NCBI GenBank assembly: GCA_043777235.1
Contig: JAYVQJ010000121.1
Span: forward strand, 1 to 38,002
Direction: 5' to 3'
Origin: Planctomycetia bacterium
GTDB taxonomy: Bacteria > Planctomycetota > Planctomycetia > Planctomycetales > Planctomycetaceae
DNA: 38,002 nucleotides
The notes under the pieces: model-generated
What the model was told of the DNA's origin: nothing
The model's database searches: none
What the model saw: only the letters and a program-made list of their open reading frames with translations
In this document: in pieces, positions 26,825 through 35,298 of the stretch
Layout of the letters: every line of letters starts with the position of its first letter
How positions within the stretch are numbered: the stretch's first letter is position 1
Position numbers and translations under genes: made by a program

Positions 26825-27184
26825 TCAGCCGATGTAGTCGATGCGGAAACTCTTGTTGGTGATGAACAGGACAACGACGTCGCCATCGGTGCTGGCTCCG
26901 TGTTCCATCGCTTCCCCTTCGGGAAACCAGACGAACGTGCCGGGGCCGAACGAACCTTTGTGCGTCACCAGCGTCCCTTCGAGCACATACATGCCATGTC
27001 CGCACGGGTGCGTGTGCAGCGGATTGATGATGCCTTGTGGATAACGAACGAGCCGAATCTCGGCACCCGTTTCTGAATCAGTGTGGAGGTTCTTGCGGAA
27101 CAAAGATTTTCCGATCCGCTCGTTGAACCGTTCTTCCCACGGCTGCTCGGCGGTGTTGATGGCGAAGAAAGTGTCCTGCGACAT
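26825..27184 (-). CDS. Cupin domain protein
   Basis: 119 aa. GIINPLHTHPCGHGMYVLEGTL...FVWFPEGEAMEHG is the bipartite cupin metal motif (HxH...E...H). Confidence 0.85.
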   Translation of the reverse strand: MSQDTFFAINTAEQPWEERFNERIGKSLFRKNLHTDSETGAEIRLVRYPQGIINPLHTHPCGHGMYVLEGTLVTHKGSFGPGTFVWFPEGEAMEHGASTDGDVVVLFITNKSFRIDYIG

Positions 27185-27235
27185 GCGAGGCTCCTGACAT
27201 CGTTTAGGACAGGTTGGGTGCTTTGTGGGTGAGAG

Positions 27236-27323
27236 TGAATACTGAATAGCGAAGACTGAATACGGAATGCAGAAGTGTTTGATGGCAGCTCATTCTGACT
27301 TCCGTATTCCTGATTCAGTATTC
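27236..27323. repeat. Palindromic element, family T (GAATACTGAAT...GAATACGGAA arms)
   Basis: gaatactgaatagcgaagactgaatacggaa pairs with ttccgtattcctgattcagtattc. It lies between the cupin gene start and the upstream gene's stop. Confidence 0.85.
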
Positions 27324-27328
27324 CGTTT

Positions 27329-28384
27329 TCATTCCATTTTCTTGGGCAGCGCCAACGCGAGCGCCGTTGTGGACCAGCCGGCGGCGGCACACGAGATGAA
27401 TTGGTCCTTACCGTGCGGGTAGCCGGACTCGAAGTACGTTTGGAACGGTTTGCTGCGCGACTTCACATGCCACGAGCCATCCTCTTTCTGAGTCGCGAGC
27501 AGATAGCTCAGCCCTTTGCGATACGCCGGGTCATCGGTCGGCATTCCGCCCGCCTGATGCAACGCAACCAAGACCGAGCCGGTGGCGTAAGCATCGCTGT
27601 CCATGTCCGTGAGTTGCGACCAACCGCCGTCGTCACGTTGTGTCTGTTGTAAATCGTGCGCGGCTTGGCGGACGTCCGCTTCGGGAGCGTCGATCAATTG
27701 GAGTGCTCGCAAGCGGAAGACTCGATCTTCAGTGTCTTCTGGTTTCGTCTTCAGCAACCACTCGCGAATTTGTGAGACTCGCGCGTCGATCCGTTCTTTC
27801 TGATCGAGCACGCCGAAGACCTTGAGGCCGCGCAGCGCGACGTAGCTGCTGGTGAAGAGGCTCTGCTCGCTGGGAGGCCGGCGCGACTCAGGCCGATAGT
27901 GTTCGCTCTCCTTTTGCCGCAACAAGAAATACTCGGCGACGGCGGCGGTCGTTTCGTCCGGTTTCCAGCCTCCGTTGTCGAGCGTCCAGAGTGCGTAGCC
28001 GGCCGTATCGACTTGGCCTCCTTGGCCGTTCCCTTCGCGGTACTTCTCTTTGTTGCGAGTCAGGAAGTCGGCGGTGAATTGAAGCTGTGTCTGTAAGTGA
28101 TCGGTGTCGATCTCGAAGCCGCGCGACCGGGCGGTCGTCAGGGCCATGATCGGCAGCCCTTGGTTGTGGCAGTTGAAACATTGCTTCCGCTGCTCGATCG
28201 AACCCTTGGCTCCCTTTTCCAACAACGGCAGAGATTTGGCGACCGCCGCTTTGATCGCATTGGAACTCGGCCCGTCATCCGCGTTGACTGTTTGAGCAAC
28301 CAAGATGATCAGGCAAACGCAGATTCGTAGCAGTCGTTTCAAAACGAGCTGGCCGCGCGGGTTCAATGACAAGTGCCGGGGCAT
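27329..28384 (-). CDS. Prenyltransferase/squalene-oxidase repeat (alpha/alpha-toroid) protein, secreted, with an N-terminal CxxCH motif
   Basis: 351 aa with a signal peptide. Repeated QxxDGGW-type motifs (TQRDDGGWSQL, TQKEDGSWHV). CFNCH at residues 69-73 (nt 28166-28180). Confidence 0.8.
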   Translation of the reverse strand: MPRHLSLNPRGQLVLKRLLRICVCLIILVAQTVNADDGPSSNAIKAAVAKSLPLLEKGAKGSIEQRKQCFNCHNQGLPIMALTTARSRGFEIDTDHLQTQLQFTADFLTRNKEKYREGNGQGGQVDTAGYALWTLDNGGWKPDETTAAVAEYFLLRQKESEHYRPESRRPPSEQSLFTSSYVALRGLKVFGVLDQKERIDARVSQIREWLLKTKPEDTEDRVFRLRALQLIDAPEADVRQAAHDLQQTQRDDGGWSQLTDMDSDAYATGSVLVALHQAGGMPTDDPAYRKGLSYLLATQKEDGSWHVKSRSKPFQTYFESGYPHGKDQFISCAAAGWSTTALALALPKKME

Positions 28385-28570
28385 GGTTGGTCCTCCTCAA
28401 GGTCGTCGCAGTGTAAACGTCATGGCTCTCTTCACCAGCCGACGGGGTAGGACAAACACTCTTCGCAGGTCGTGCTGTGAGTTCCGAGCGATTGTTAAGG
28501 AGGGAGTTGAAACGCAGAGATCTTGGTGAGGCCAAGGCCCGTAACCAGAGTCAGTCAAGGCATTTTGCGA

Positions 28571-28647
28571 TTCATTCCTTTGACCACATTCCTTTGACGA
28601 TCGGATCAATGACGGTCGGGTCAAAGGAATGTGGTCAAAGGAATGAA
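28571..28647. repeat. Palindromic element, family W (TTCATTCCTTTGACCACATTCCTTTGAC arms)
   Basis: The 28-nt left arm (28571-28598) is the reverse complement of gtcaaaggaatgtggtcaaaggaatgaa (28620-28647). Confidence 0.9.
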
Positions 28648-28681
28648 CACAACCATCTTCAGATTCACGACACTTAGTCTC

Positions 28682-28721
28682 TTGACCGACTCGTTGCCGA
28701 TTGTATTATTGAGTTAATACA
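28682..28721 (+). promoter_or_regulatory. Candidate sigma70-type promoter with overlapping GntR-type operator
   Basis: TTGACC (28682-28687), 16 nt, then TATTAT (28704-28709). A perfect AT-rich inverted repeat TGTATTA-ttgagt-TAATACA (28702-28721) overlaps the -10 box. It lies 44 nt upstream of the GntR start and fits the generic GT-Nx-AC GntR operator form. Confidence 0.5.
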
Positions 28722-28764
28722 GTTTGGCACACGAAGCCCGACATGCTCGCTGTGAGACAACGCC

Positions 28765-29160
28765 GTGCAAATCCACATTTCTCCCAACGATGGCGTGGCG
28801 ATCTATTTGCAGATCGTGAACCAGATCAAATATCTGGTGGCGTCCGGTCGGCTGAATGCTGGTGAGGAATTGCCCGCCATTCGCGTGCTGGCCGAGCAAC
28901 TGCTGGTGAATCCCAACACGGTCGCGCGAGCGTATCGCGAATTGGAAACGGCGGGCATCGTCGAGAAGCGGCGCACGGCGGGAACCTACGTGTCCGATCA
29001 AGGCTCGCCGTTGGCTCGGCGCGAGCGGGTGAAAATTCTGACGCATCGCGTCGACTCGTTGCTCGCTGAAGCACAGCACATGGATATCGGACTCGAGGAC
29101 GTGATCAAACTGGTGCAGCAACGTCACACCACCATGCAATCGACTCGTACTGAGGAGTGA
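28765..29160 (+). CDS. GntR family transcriptional regulator, YtrA subfamily
   Basis: 131 aa. PIYLQIVNQIKYLVASGRL..GEELPAIRVLAEQLLVNPNTVARAYRELE..G is the GntR winged-helix-turn-helix. The short C-terminus is typical of YtrA. GTG start. Confidence 0.9.
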   Translation: MQIHISPNDGVAIYLQIVNQIKYLVASGRLNAGEELPAIRVLAEQLLVNPNTVARAYRELETAGIVEKRRTAGTYVSDQGSPLARRERVKILTHRVDSLLAEAQHMDIGLEDVIKLVQQRHTTMQSTRTEE

Positions 29161-29164
29161 TCTC

Positions 29165-30067
29165 ATGCACGACCCATTTCCTTCTTCCGCGCCGCCGATC
29201 GTCGAGATTCGTCGAGTCACGCGGCAGTTCGGCAACAAGACGGCGCTCGACGACATTTCGCTAACCGTGCCGCGCGGCGGCGTCTTCGGCTTGATCGGCG
29301 GCAACGGGGCCGGCAAGACAACGCTCATCAAACATATTCTGGGACTGCTCAAGGCGCAGTCGGGCAGCGTGCGAGTCTTCGGTCTCGATCCGGTCGAGAA
29401 CCCGGTCGGCACGCTGGGTCGCATTGGCTATCTGTCGGAAGATCGCGACCTGCCGAATTGGATGCGGGTCGGTGAGTTGATGCGCTACACGCAGGCGTTC
29501 TTCCCAAACTGGGACGAAGCCTACGCCGAAGAACTGCGCGAGGCGTTCGATCTCGACGGCAACGCGCGCGTCAAAAATCTCTCGCGCGGTCAGCGATCGC
29601 GGGCTGGGCTGCTCGTCGCGCTCGCTCATCGACCGGAGTTGCTCGTCTTGGATGAACCGTCATCGGGACTCGATCCCGTTGTGCGGCGCGACATTTTGGG
29701 AGCGATCATCCGCACGATTGCCGACGAGGGACGGACAGTGTTGTTCTCGTCGCATCTGCTCGATGAAGTCGAACGTGTCGCCGATCGAGTGGCGATCATT
29801 CACCAAGGGCGGATCATGCTGACCGCGCCGATGGATGAGATTAAAGAGTCTCATCGTCGCGTGACTCTGCGATTCGGACAGGCGGTCGATCGGCCGCCGT
29901 CGCTGGTCGGAACGCTCTCGTTCGTGGGGCAGGGGGCCGAGTGGACTTACATTTGCAGCGGCGAAAGCGGCCAACTGCGTCGCGCGGCAGAAGCGATCGG
30001 GGCCACCGTCGTCGGCGATGACGCGCTGACGCTCGATGAGATTTTTGTGTCGCGGATTCAGGGGTGA
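29165..30067 (+). CDS. ABC transporter ATP-binding protein
   Basis: Walker A GGNGAGKTT, signature LSRGQRSR, Walker B LLVLDEP. It starts 4 nt after the GntR stop. Confidence 0.95.
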   Translation: MHDPFPSSAPPIVEIRRVTRQFGNKTALDDISLTVPRGGVFGLIGGNGAGKTTLIKHILGLLKAQSGSVRVFGLDPVENPVGTLGRIGYLSEDRDLPNWMRVGELMRYTQAFFPNWDEAYAEELREAFDLDGNARVKNLSRGQRSRAGLLVALAHRPELLVLDEPSSGLDPVVRRDILGAIIRTIADEGRTVLFSSHLLDEVERVADRVAIIHQGRIMLTAPMDEIKESHRRVTLRFGQAVDRPPSLVGTLSFVGQGAEWTYICSGESGQLRRAAEAIGATVVGDDALTLDEIFVSRIQG

Positions 30068-30071
30068 GGTG

Positions 30072-30139
30072 CATTGAAGCCTGACGCGCCAGCGAAGCTT
30101 AGTCGGCGAGAAACTTCGCTGGCGCTTCAGGCTTCAATG
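30072..30139. repeat. Palindromic element, family L (CATTGAAGCCTGACGCGCCAGCGAAG arms)
   Basis: A 26-nt arm (30072-30097) pairs with cttcgctggcgcttcaggcttcaatg (30114-30139). It sits inside the operon, between the ATPase stop and the permease start. Confidence 0.9.
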
Positions 30140-30158
30140 ACCACGAGGAGAGAACATC

Positions 30159-31736
30159 ATGCGATTCGTGCCTGTGGCGATGACGTGGGAGATGCTGACG
30201 CGCGGACGCTGGAATCTGTTGGCGTTCGCGCTCGCGGCGAACTTGATGCCGGCGTTTCTGCTCAGTGCGTTGCGGCACGAGGGGGCGGTTGAGCCGGGCG
30301 ATACCAGCTTGTTGATCATGCACGTCGTGCTGATTCAGATCAACATGTTCATCTTTGGAGCCGCGCTGTTTGATGCGGCGGGTCAGCCCTCGCGGTTGTA
30401 TGCGTTGCCGATCACCACAGCGTCGCTCGTGGCCTGGCAGATGTTGCCGGCGATGGCGGCGATGGCGTTGGAGTCGCTCGCGAGCACCGCGGTATTGAAT
30501 GCGGTGTTTGATGTCGGCTGGCCGTTGTGGGGGCCAGCGCTGTTCGCGGCGGTGGGAGTGGCGGCGATCCAAGCGGTGTTGTGGACGACGGAGAAGTCGG
30601 GGTGGAGCGTGCTCGCCATCACGATTGTCGGCACGATTTTGGGACTCTGGTTTAAGTTGCGGTTCGGGCCGATGTTCTCTCAGCCGACGCATCAGTGGGT
30701 CGAAGTGACTCCGGTTGAAGTGCTCACGCTGCTGATGTTTGCCGGGCTGTCGTATTACGCGGCGGTTGTCGGAGTCGCTCGGCGTCGGTGTGGCGAGCCG
30801 CTGCCGTCGCTGGGGATCATCGCTTGGGTCGAGCGCGTGTTCGATCCGGCACCGGATGTCGGCCCTGCGTTTGCGAGTCCGTTGCAGGCACAGTTCTGGA
30901 TGGAGTGGCGGAAGAAGGGCTGGGCATTGCCGGCCGTCGTTGTCTTCGGCATGTGCATTGGTCTGAGCATCTGGGTCATCTTCAACCGCGACGTGAAGTC
31001 ATTGTTCGAGGGCTTCGTCGCCGGAGGTGCGATGCTGACGCTGATGGGGTTCCTCGGATTGTTCCTGGGGAACCTCGGCGCGAACGACACGACGTTTGAG
31101 ATGGGACATTTCATGGCGACACGTCCGCTGACGAACACCGAGATATGCCGAACGACTCTGAAAGTCTTGGCCCGCAGCGTGCTGATCGCGTGGACGATTT
31201 GGGCCGTGCCGTTTCTGATTCTCTTCGCGAGTCTTTACGTCCGCCAAGAGGTTCCCAACGTCGAAGCCCTGAGAGACTTTGGCTGGTGGTATCTCCCGGC
31301 GACGCTGTTGGGTTGCTGGACAGTCACGTCGGTTCTGGCAGCGATCTCGATGACGGGACGATCGCAACTGCTGGCTCAATTGATCTGCGGTCTGCTTGGA
31401 CTTTTCATCGGTCTGGGGTTGATCACAAAGTACGCACTGCCTGATTCGGCTCAATTGCCCTTCGCTCGCGGAGTTGGAGTCATCGTCGGAGCGGCGCTTT
31501 TGCTCGGCACGGTCTGGGCGTTCGTCACGGCCCGACGTCGTTCGCTGATTGGAAGTCCGACGGTCGGTTTTGCTGCCAGCGCATGGACTCTACTCAGCGG
31601 ATTGATCGTGCTCGATTGGGTGCTGCATCCCGCTCGACCGTGGCTCGCGGGAGTGTTGGCCGTCAGTCTCGCCGCGCTGGTCGTGGCTCCGTTGGCGGCC
31701 GCGCCGCTGGCTCTGGCGTGGAACCGGAATCGGTAG
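30159..31736 (+). CDS. Polytopic membrane protein, presumed permease partner of the ABC ATPase
   Basis: 525 aa with about 12 hydrophobic segments. AGGAGAG lies upstream of the ATG. I recognise no family signature. Confidence 0.75.
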   Translation: MRFVPVAMTWEMLTRGRWNLLAFALAANLMPAFLLSALRHEGAVEPGDTSLLIMHVVLIQINMFIFGAALFDAAGQPSRLYALPITTASLVAWQMLPAMAAMALESLASTAVLNAVFDVGWPLWGPALFAAVGVAAIQAVLWTTEKSGWSVLAITIVGTILGLWFKLRFGPMFSQPTHQWVEVTPVEVLTLLMFAGLSYYAAVVGVARRRCGEPLPSLGIIAWVERVFDPAPDVGPAFASPLQAQFWMEWRKKGWALPAVVVFGMCIGLSIWVIFNRDVKSLFEGFVAGGAMLTLMGFLGLFLGNLGANDTTFEMGHFMATRPLTNTEICRTTLKVLARSVLIAWTIWAVPFLILFASLYVRQEVPNVEALRDFGWWYLPATLLGCWTVTSVLAAISMTGRSQLLAQLICGLLGLFIGLGLITKYALPDSAQLPFARGVGVIVGAALLLGTVWAFVTARRRSLIGSPTVGFAASAWTLLSGLIVLDWVLHPARPWLAGVLAVSLAALVVAPLAAAPLALAWNRNR

Positions 31737-31753
31737 AGGCGGATCCAAAAACC

Positions 31754-31832
31754 AAAACTAACCCGAAGCGTCAGCGAGGGCGATTCGCGATTGAATTTCC
31801 AAGGCCCCTCGCTGACGCTTCGGGTTAGTTTT
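31754..31832. repeat. Palindromic element, family P, copy 2
   Basis: aaaactaacccgaagcgtcagcgagggc pairs with gcccctcgctgacgcttcgggttagtttt. It lies between convergent gene ends. Confidence 0.9.
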
Positions 31833-31846
31833 GAAATCGCCTCGAA

Positions 31847-32797
31847 TCACGCAAACGCTCGGCGAAGCAGTTCCAGACTCTTTGGGACTGCGGTGGCCGG
31901 AGCTTCTTTGCCTTCCATTTCCAGCGAGATGTAGCCGCGATAGTTGGCTCGACGCAGGATGTCGGCGACGCGCGCGTAGTCGATGTCGAGGGCGTACCAC
32001 TCGCCGCCACCGAAATACGTTTTGGCTTGAACGAGGACCGCGTGCGGCGCGAGTTCGGCCATTTGCTCGTACATGTTTTCGAGGAAGTTGCCGGTATCGA
32101 GCGTCGCCTTCAACCACGGCGACTTGAGCGTGTTGAGGACTCGCAACACGCCGCTGGCCTCGCGGCCGAGACCCCAATGGTTTTCGAGACCCATGACGAC
32201 GCCACACGCTTCAGCTTTTGGGAGCAGCTTCTCGAAGCTGGCGTTGACCCAGTCGAAGCCTTGGTCGTCGGTGAAGCCGGGCAGTCGCGGCTCGATTCCT
32301 TTGTTGGCCATCAACTCGTCGAAGTTCTTACTGGTCCCCCAGCGGCCGGTGTTGACTCGGATCGTTGGAATGCCGAGTTCGTAAGCCATCTCCAGACAGC
32401 GTTCGGTGTGCTCGACGTTCTTCTGCCGTTTGTCGGCATCGGGAGTCACGAAGCCTTGGTGCGTCGAGAAGCCCATCAGGTCCAAGCCGAGCGAGAACGC
32501 TCGCTGCTTGATCCGTCGGAGCAGCGATTTATCGACAGAACCGCCGCTGGCCTTCGCCGCCTCTTCCATGTGGACGTGCAGAATCTCGACACCGTCGAAG
32601 CCCATGTCAGCGGCTTCTTCGAGACATTTCTCGATCGACACCGGATCGCCATGAAAGTGCCAGAACGAATACGTCGAGACGCCGATCCGATTTCTCACAC
32701 GTGCCGTGGTGGGCGCTGCAATCGTTCGAGAAGTCAGCGCGCTCAGGCCCGCGGTCGCTGCCAGTGTCGTCAAAAGCTCGCGTCGCGTTTGGCTCAT
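31847..32797 (-). CDS. Sugar phosphate isomerase/epimerase (xylose-isomerase-like TIM barrel) with a Tat signal
   Basis: MSQTRRELLTTLAATAGLSAL is a twin-arginine signal. IGVSTYSFW, GFDGVEI, and the LENH and D.GN motifs match the AP-endonuclease-2/TIM family. Confidence 0.88.
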   Translation of the reverse strand: MSQTRRELLTTLAATAGLSALTSRTIAAPTTARVRNRIGVSTYSFWHFHGDPVSIEKCLEEAADMGFDGVEILHVHMEEAAKASGGSVDKSLLRRIKQRAFSLGLDLMGFSTHQGFVTPDADKRQKNVEHTERCLEMAYELGIPTIRVNTGRWGTSKNFDELMANKGIEPRLPGFTDDQGFDWVNASFEKLLPKAEACGVVMGLENHWGLGREASGVLRVLNTLKSPWLKATLDTGNFLENMYEQMAELAPHAVLVQAKTYFGGGEWYALDIDYARVADILRRANYRGYISLEMEGKEAPATAVPKSLELLRRAFA

Positions 32798-32860
32798 GAA
32801 GTCATCCCTTTCTGGACTCTCCGCCATTCGTGTTGGAACAAGTTGCTCAAGATCTTGTCT

Positions 32861-32938
32861 CACGCAGAGGCGCAGAGCACGCAGAGTCCGACGAGAACGG
32901 AATTTGCTTTGTCTCGGCGAACTCTGCGCCTCTGCGCG
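32861..32938. repeat. Palindromic element, family K-like (CACGCAGAGGCGCAGAG arms)
   Basis: cgcagaggcgcagag (left) pairs with ctctgcgcctctgcg (right). The architecture parallels 8068-8131. Confidence 0.8.
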
Positions 32939-33196
32939 AGATCTGTTTTCGACAACAGACTTGGTGGAGGCCCCATCGTGAGATTAGACGACCAGCAATT
33001 TAACGGATTTCGCACAAAGAGTCAGAGTCGTCGTTCGCCTGCGGATTTTCAATCCGAGCCATTTGCCGGACACCTCCGGCCGAGATACCTGCTTCTTCAC
33101 ACAGATCGCTGTTTGCTTGCGAAGCGCTTTCTGGTATTTCGCAATCCGTCAATTCGTGGACGTTGTTCGCGAAGCTGTTTGCCAACGGAGACTGCG

Positions 33197-33856
33197 ATGG
33201 GCCGCTTAATCGCGCTCAAATCGACATCACAATTCGTCTCGGAAGAGCTGGCGAATCAGTGGACTCACGGGGTTGCGTTCGCATTGAGTCTGCCGGCCGG
33301 CTGGTGGTTGATGCGATCAACGCTCGACAAGCACAACGATTGGCTGACTCTGGGCTGTGCGATCTACGCGGTGACGTTGTCGCTGCTGTATGCGGCATCG
33401 ACGTTGTCTCACAGTTTGCATCGCGGCGTCTGGCGGCATCGCTTTCGGACGCTCGATCAAGTCTGCATTTTTCTGTTGATCGCCGGCAACTACACGCCGT
33501 TCGGAATGACGTTTCTGCGCGACGGTTGGGGTGGAATGCTGTTGATCGGGATGTGGGTTCTGGCCTTCTCTGGAATTGTGGCGAAGCTGTTCTTCACGAA
33601 GTTCGACAACGTGACGATGTGGTTCTATGTGCTGATGGGCTGGATTCCGATCGTGGCGGTCCCGCAGTTCTTTCGATCTCTCGGTGGCGAAGGAGTCGCG
33701 TGGATCGCCGCGGGAGGCGTGGCGTACTCGGCGGGGACGTGGTTCCTGATGAACGACGAGCGGCGGTTTCATCATGTGGTCTGGCATCTCTTCACGATGC
33801 TCGGCAGCGCGTGCCATTACTGGCTGGTGCTGAACTACGTCGTGCGTCTGGCGTGA
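33197..33856 (+). CDS. Hemolysin III / PAQR family membrane protein
   Basis: 219 aa from the ATG at 33197. EELANQWTHGV, STLSH, DQVCIFLLIAGNYTPF, and HHVVWHLFTMLGSACHY are the PAQR motifs. The upstream 390 codons of tracked ORF 32027..33856 are antisense to the isomerase gene and were rejected. Confidence 0.9.
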   Translation: MGRLIALKSTSQFVSEELANQWTHGVAFALSLPAGWWLMRSTLDKHNDWLTLGCAIYAVTLSLLYAASTLSHSLHRGVWRHRFRTLDQVCIFLLIAGNYTPFGMTFLRDGWGGMLLIGMWVLAFSGIVAKLFFTKFDNVTMWFYVLMGWIPIVAVPQFFRSLGGEGVAWIAAGGVAYSAGTWFLMNDERRFHHVVWHLFTMLGSACHYWLVLNYVVRLA

Positions 33857-33892
33857 GCGACAACGAGCTGAAGGCGCTTGGTTTCGGTCATT

Positions 33893-33963
33893 AGCCGGCA
33901 CGCGCTAGCGTCCGGTTCGAGAGTCCATCGACCTTCCGAACCGGACGCTAGCGCGTACCGGCT
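33893..33963. repeat. Palindromic element, family N, intergenic copy
   Basis: agccggcacgcgctagcgtccgg (33893-33915) pairs with ccggacgctagcgcgtaccggct (33941-33963). It lies between convergent gene ends. Confidence 0.9.
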
Positions 33964-33999
33964 GATCTGTGATTCGTGCCTCAAGTAAGTACCGTCGGG

Positions 34000-34920
34000 C
34001 TACCAGCGACCGCGAGTGCTGGCCTGCAACGTTTGGAAGTTCTGGAAGCCGAGCAACGCGAACATGATCATCATGAAGCGATCCCCGTCGCCGTGTTGAG
34101 CGAACTCGAACGCGCACCAACTGACCATGCCGGCGCAGACAAGGATCGAAAGCTTGAGCATCAGCTCCCACGAATCAAACGCACGGAACCGACCGATCAC
34201 TTGATGCGAGATGCGGCCACCATCCAACGGCCAGACTGGAATCAGATTCAGCAGGCTCCAGGACAAGTTGGCCCAGAGCAGGACCGCCAGGAGGAATCGC
34301 AGGTAATTATGGAGGACATGCACATTTTGGTGATCGGCCGCAATCCGCTGGGGAACCTGCGACCCCGACATGGCGAGAACACCCCACAGGAGAATTGACA
34401 AGTACAATACGCCCCACAGGAGAAATCCCGCCGCCGGGCCGGCCGCTGCGATGATGATGTTTCCCATTCGCGACGGATTCACATTGCAGGTCGCGTAGCC
34501 GCCGAACATTGCCAGCACAATCTCCGAGCGACCGCCATAATGCCGGATGGCCAGAGCATGTCCCAGCTCGTGAATCAAAATCGAAATGAAGACGGCGAGA
34601 ACTCCGATCAGTTTGTAGTCGAGCCGGTCATCCCAATTCCAAATCAGGATCGCCGACGTCAGCCAGAACCACGGACTGACTCGCACTGGAAAGCCGAGAC
34701 ACCGGAAGCGCAAGTCGTATTCAGTCGGGGCAATTTCCTGGCCAAGCATGACGGTATCCGAGGGACAGCGATGAAGAACGTCGAGCACTGTAATCATCCC
34801 TCTCGAAGCGGCAAAGCCGCGCCGCAGACGTTGATTGTCGCCGCGAATGAGCACGTCTAAACTCGCCGACGTCAACGTCGGAGCCTCGCCGTCGTTGACC
34901 AGTAAATGATAGAGTTCCAC
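34000..34920 (-). CDS. M50 family (site-2 protease-like) membrane metalloprotease
   Basis: The HExxH motif ILIHELGHALAIRHYGG sits in a hydrophobic context with several transmembrane segments. The start is uncertain: GTG at 34920, or ATG at 34797 or 34749. Confidence 0.85.
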   Translation of the reverse strand: MELYHLLVNDGEAPTLTSASLDVLIRGDNQRLRRGFAASRGMITVLDVLHRCPSDTVMLGQEIAPTEYDLRFRCLGFPVRVSPWFWLTSAILIWNWDDRLDYKLIGVLAVFISILIHELGHALAIRHYGGRSEIVLAMFGGYATCNVNPSRMGNIIIAAAGPAAGFLLWGVLYLSILLWGVLAMSGSQVPQRIAADHQNVHVLHNYLRFLLAVLLWANLSWSLLNLIPVWPLDGGRISHQVIGRFRAFDSWELMLKLSILVCAGMVSWCAFEFAQHGDGDRFMMIMFALLGFQNFQTLQASTRGRW

Positions 34921-34966
34921 TAGAGAGATGGGAAAAACAAGAAACGACTCAATTGAGCCGTCCCTT

Positions 34967-35217
34967 GCGGTTCATCCCAATGGGATGGCAGAAAGTAGCC
35001 GGGGGTCGGAGCGGAACGTAGACCCCCGGAAGGCTTGAAACGAAAGAGTGCATCCCGGAGGGATGCCAGAAATCTTCGATGATCTTCCAACGAACTTCGA
35101 TCGCTTCTGGCATCCCTTCAGGATGCGTTTTGTGTATTGCACGATTCCGGTGGTCTTCGCTCCGCTCCGACCACCGGCTACTTTCTTTCATCCCTCCGGG
35201 ATGAACCGTAGCGGCTG
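34967..35217. repeat. About 250-bp composite palindrome of GTAG-led hairpin units
   Basis: gcggttcatcccaatgggatggcagaaaGTAGccgggggtcggagcgga... is mirrored on the other strand by ...ccggtggtcttcgctccgctccgaccaccggCTACtttctttcatccctccgggatgaaccgta. The central hairpins are gcatcccggagggatgc and gcatcccttcaggatgc. Confidence 0.85.
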
Positions 35218-35298
35218 CAAAACACTTGGATAGGGAACTCAATTTATTCTCGTCGTCGATGAATCAAATTCATTTCTCGCACTCGAACTGAAAGCATC

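Noticed and set aside
25964-27076. 370-aa plus-strand ORF spanning the CocE/NonD 5' half and the cupin gene
   Set aside because: It is antisense to two well-supported minus-strand genes and crosses their intergenic spacer.
32027-33196. First 390 codons of the 609-aa ORF 32027..33856
   Set aside because: This part is antisense to the Tat-signal sugar phosphate isomerase gene. Only the last 219 codons, from the ATG at 33197, show PAQR/hemolysin-III motifs.
33905-33935. tRNA-like GGTTCGAG motif
   Set aside because: It lies in the loop region of the family-N palindrome. No acceptor, D or anticodon arms can be drawn.
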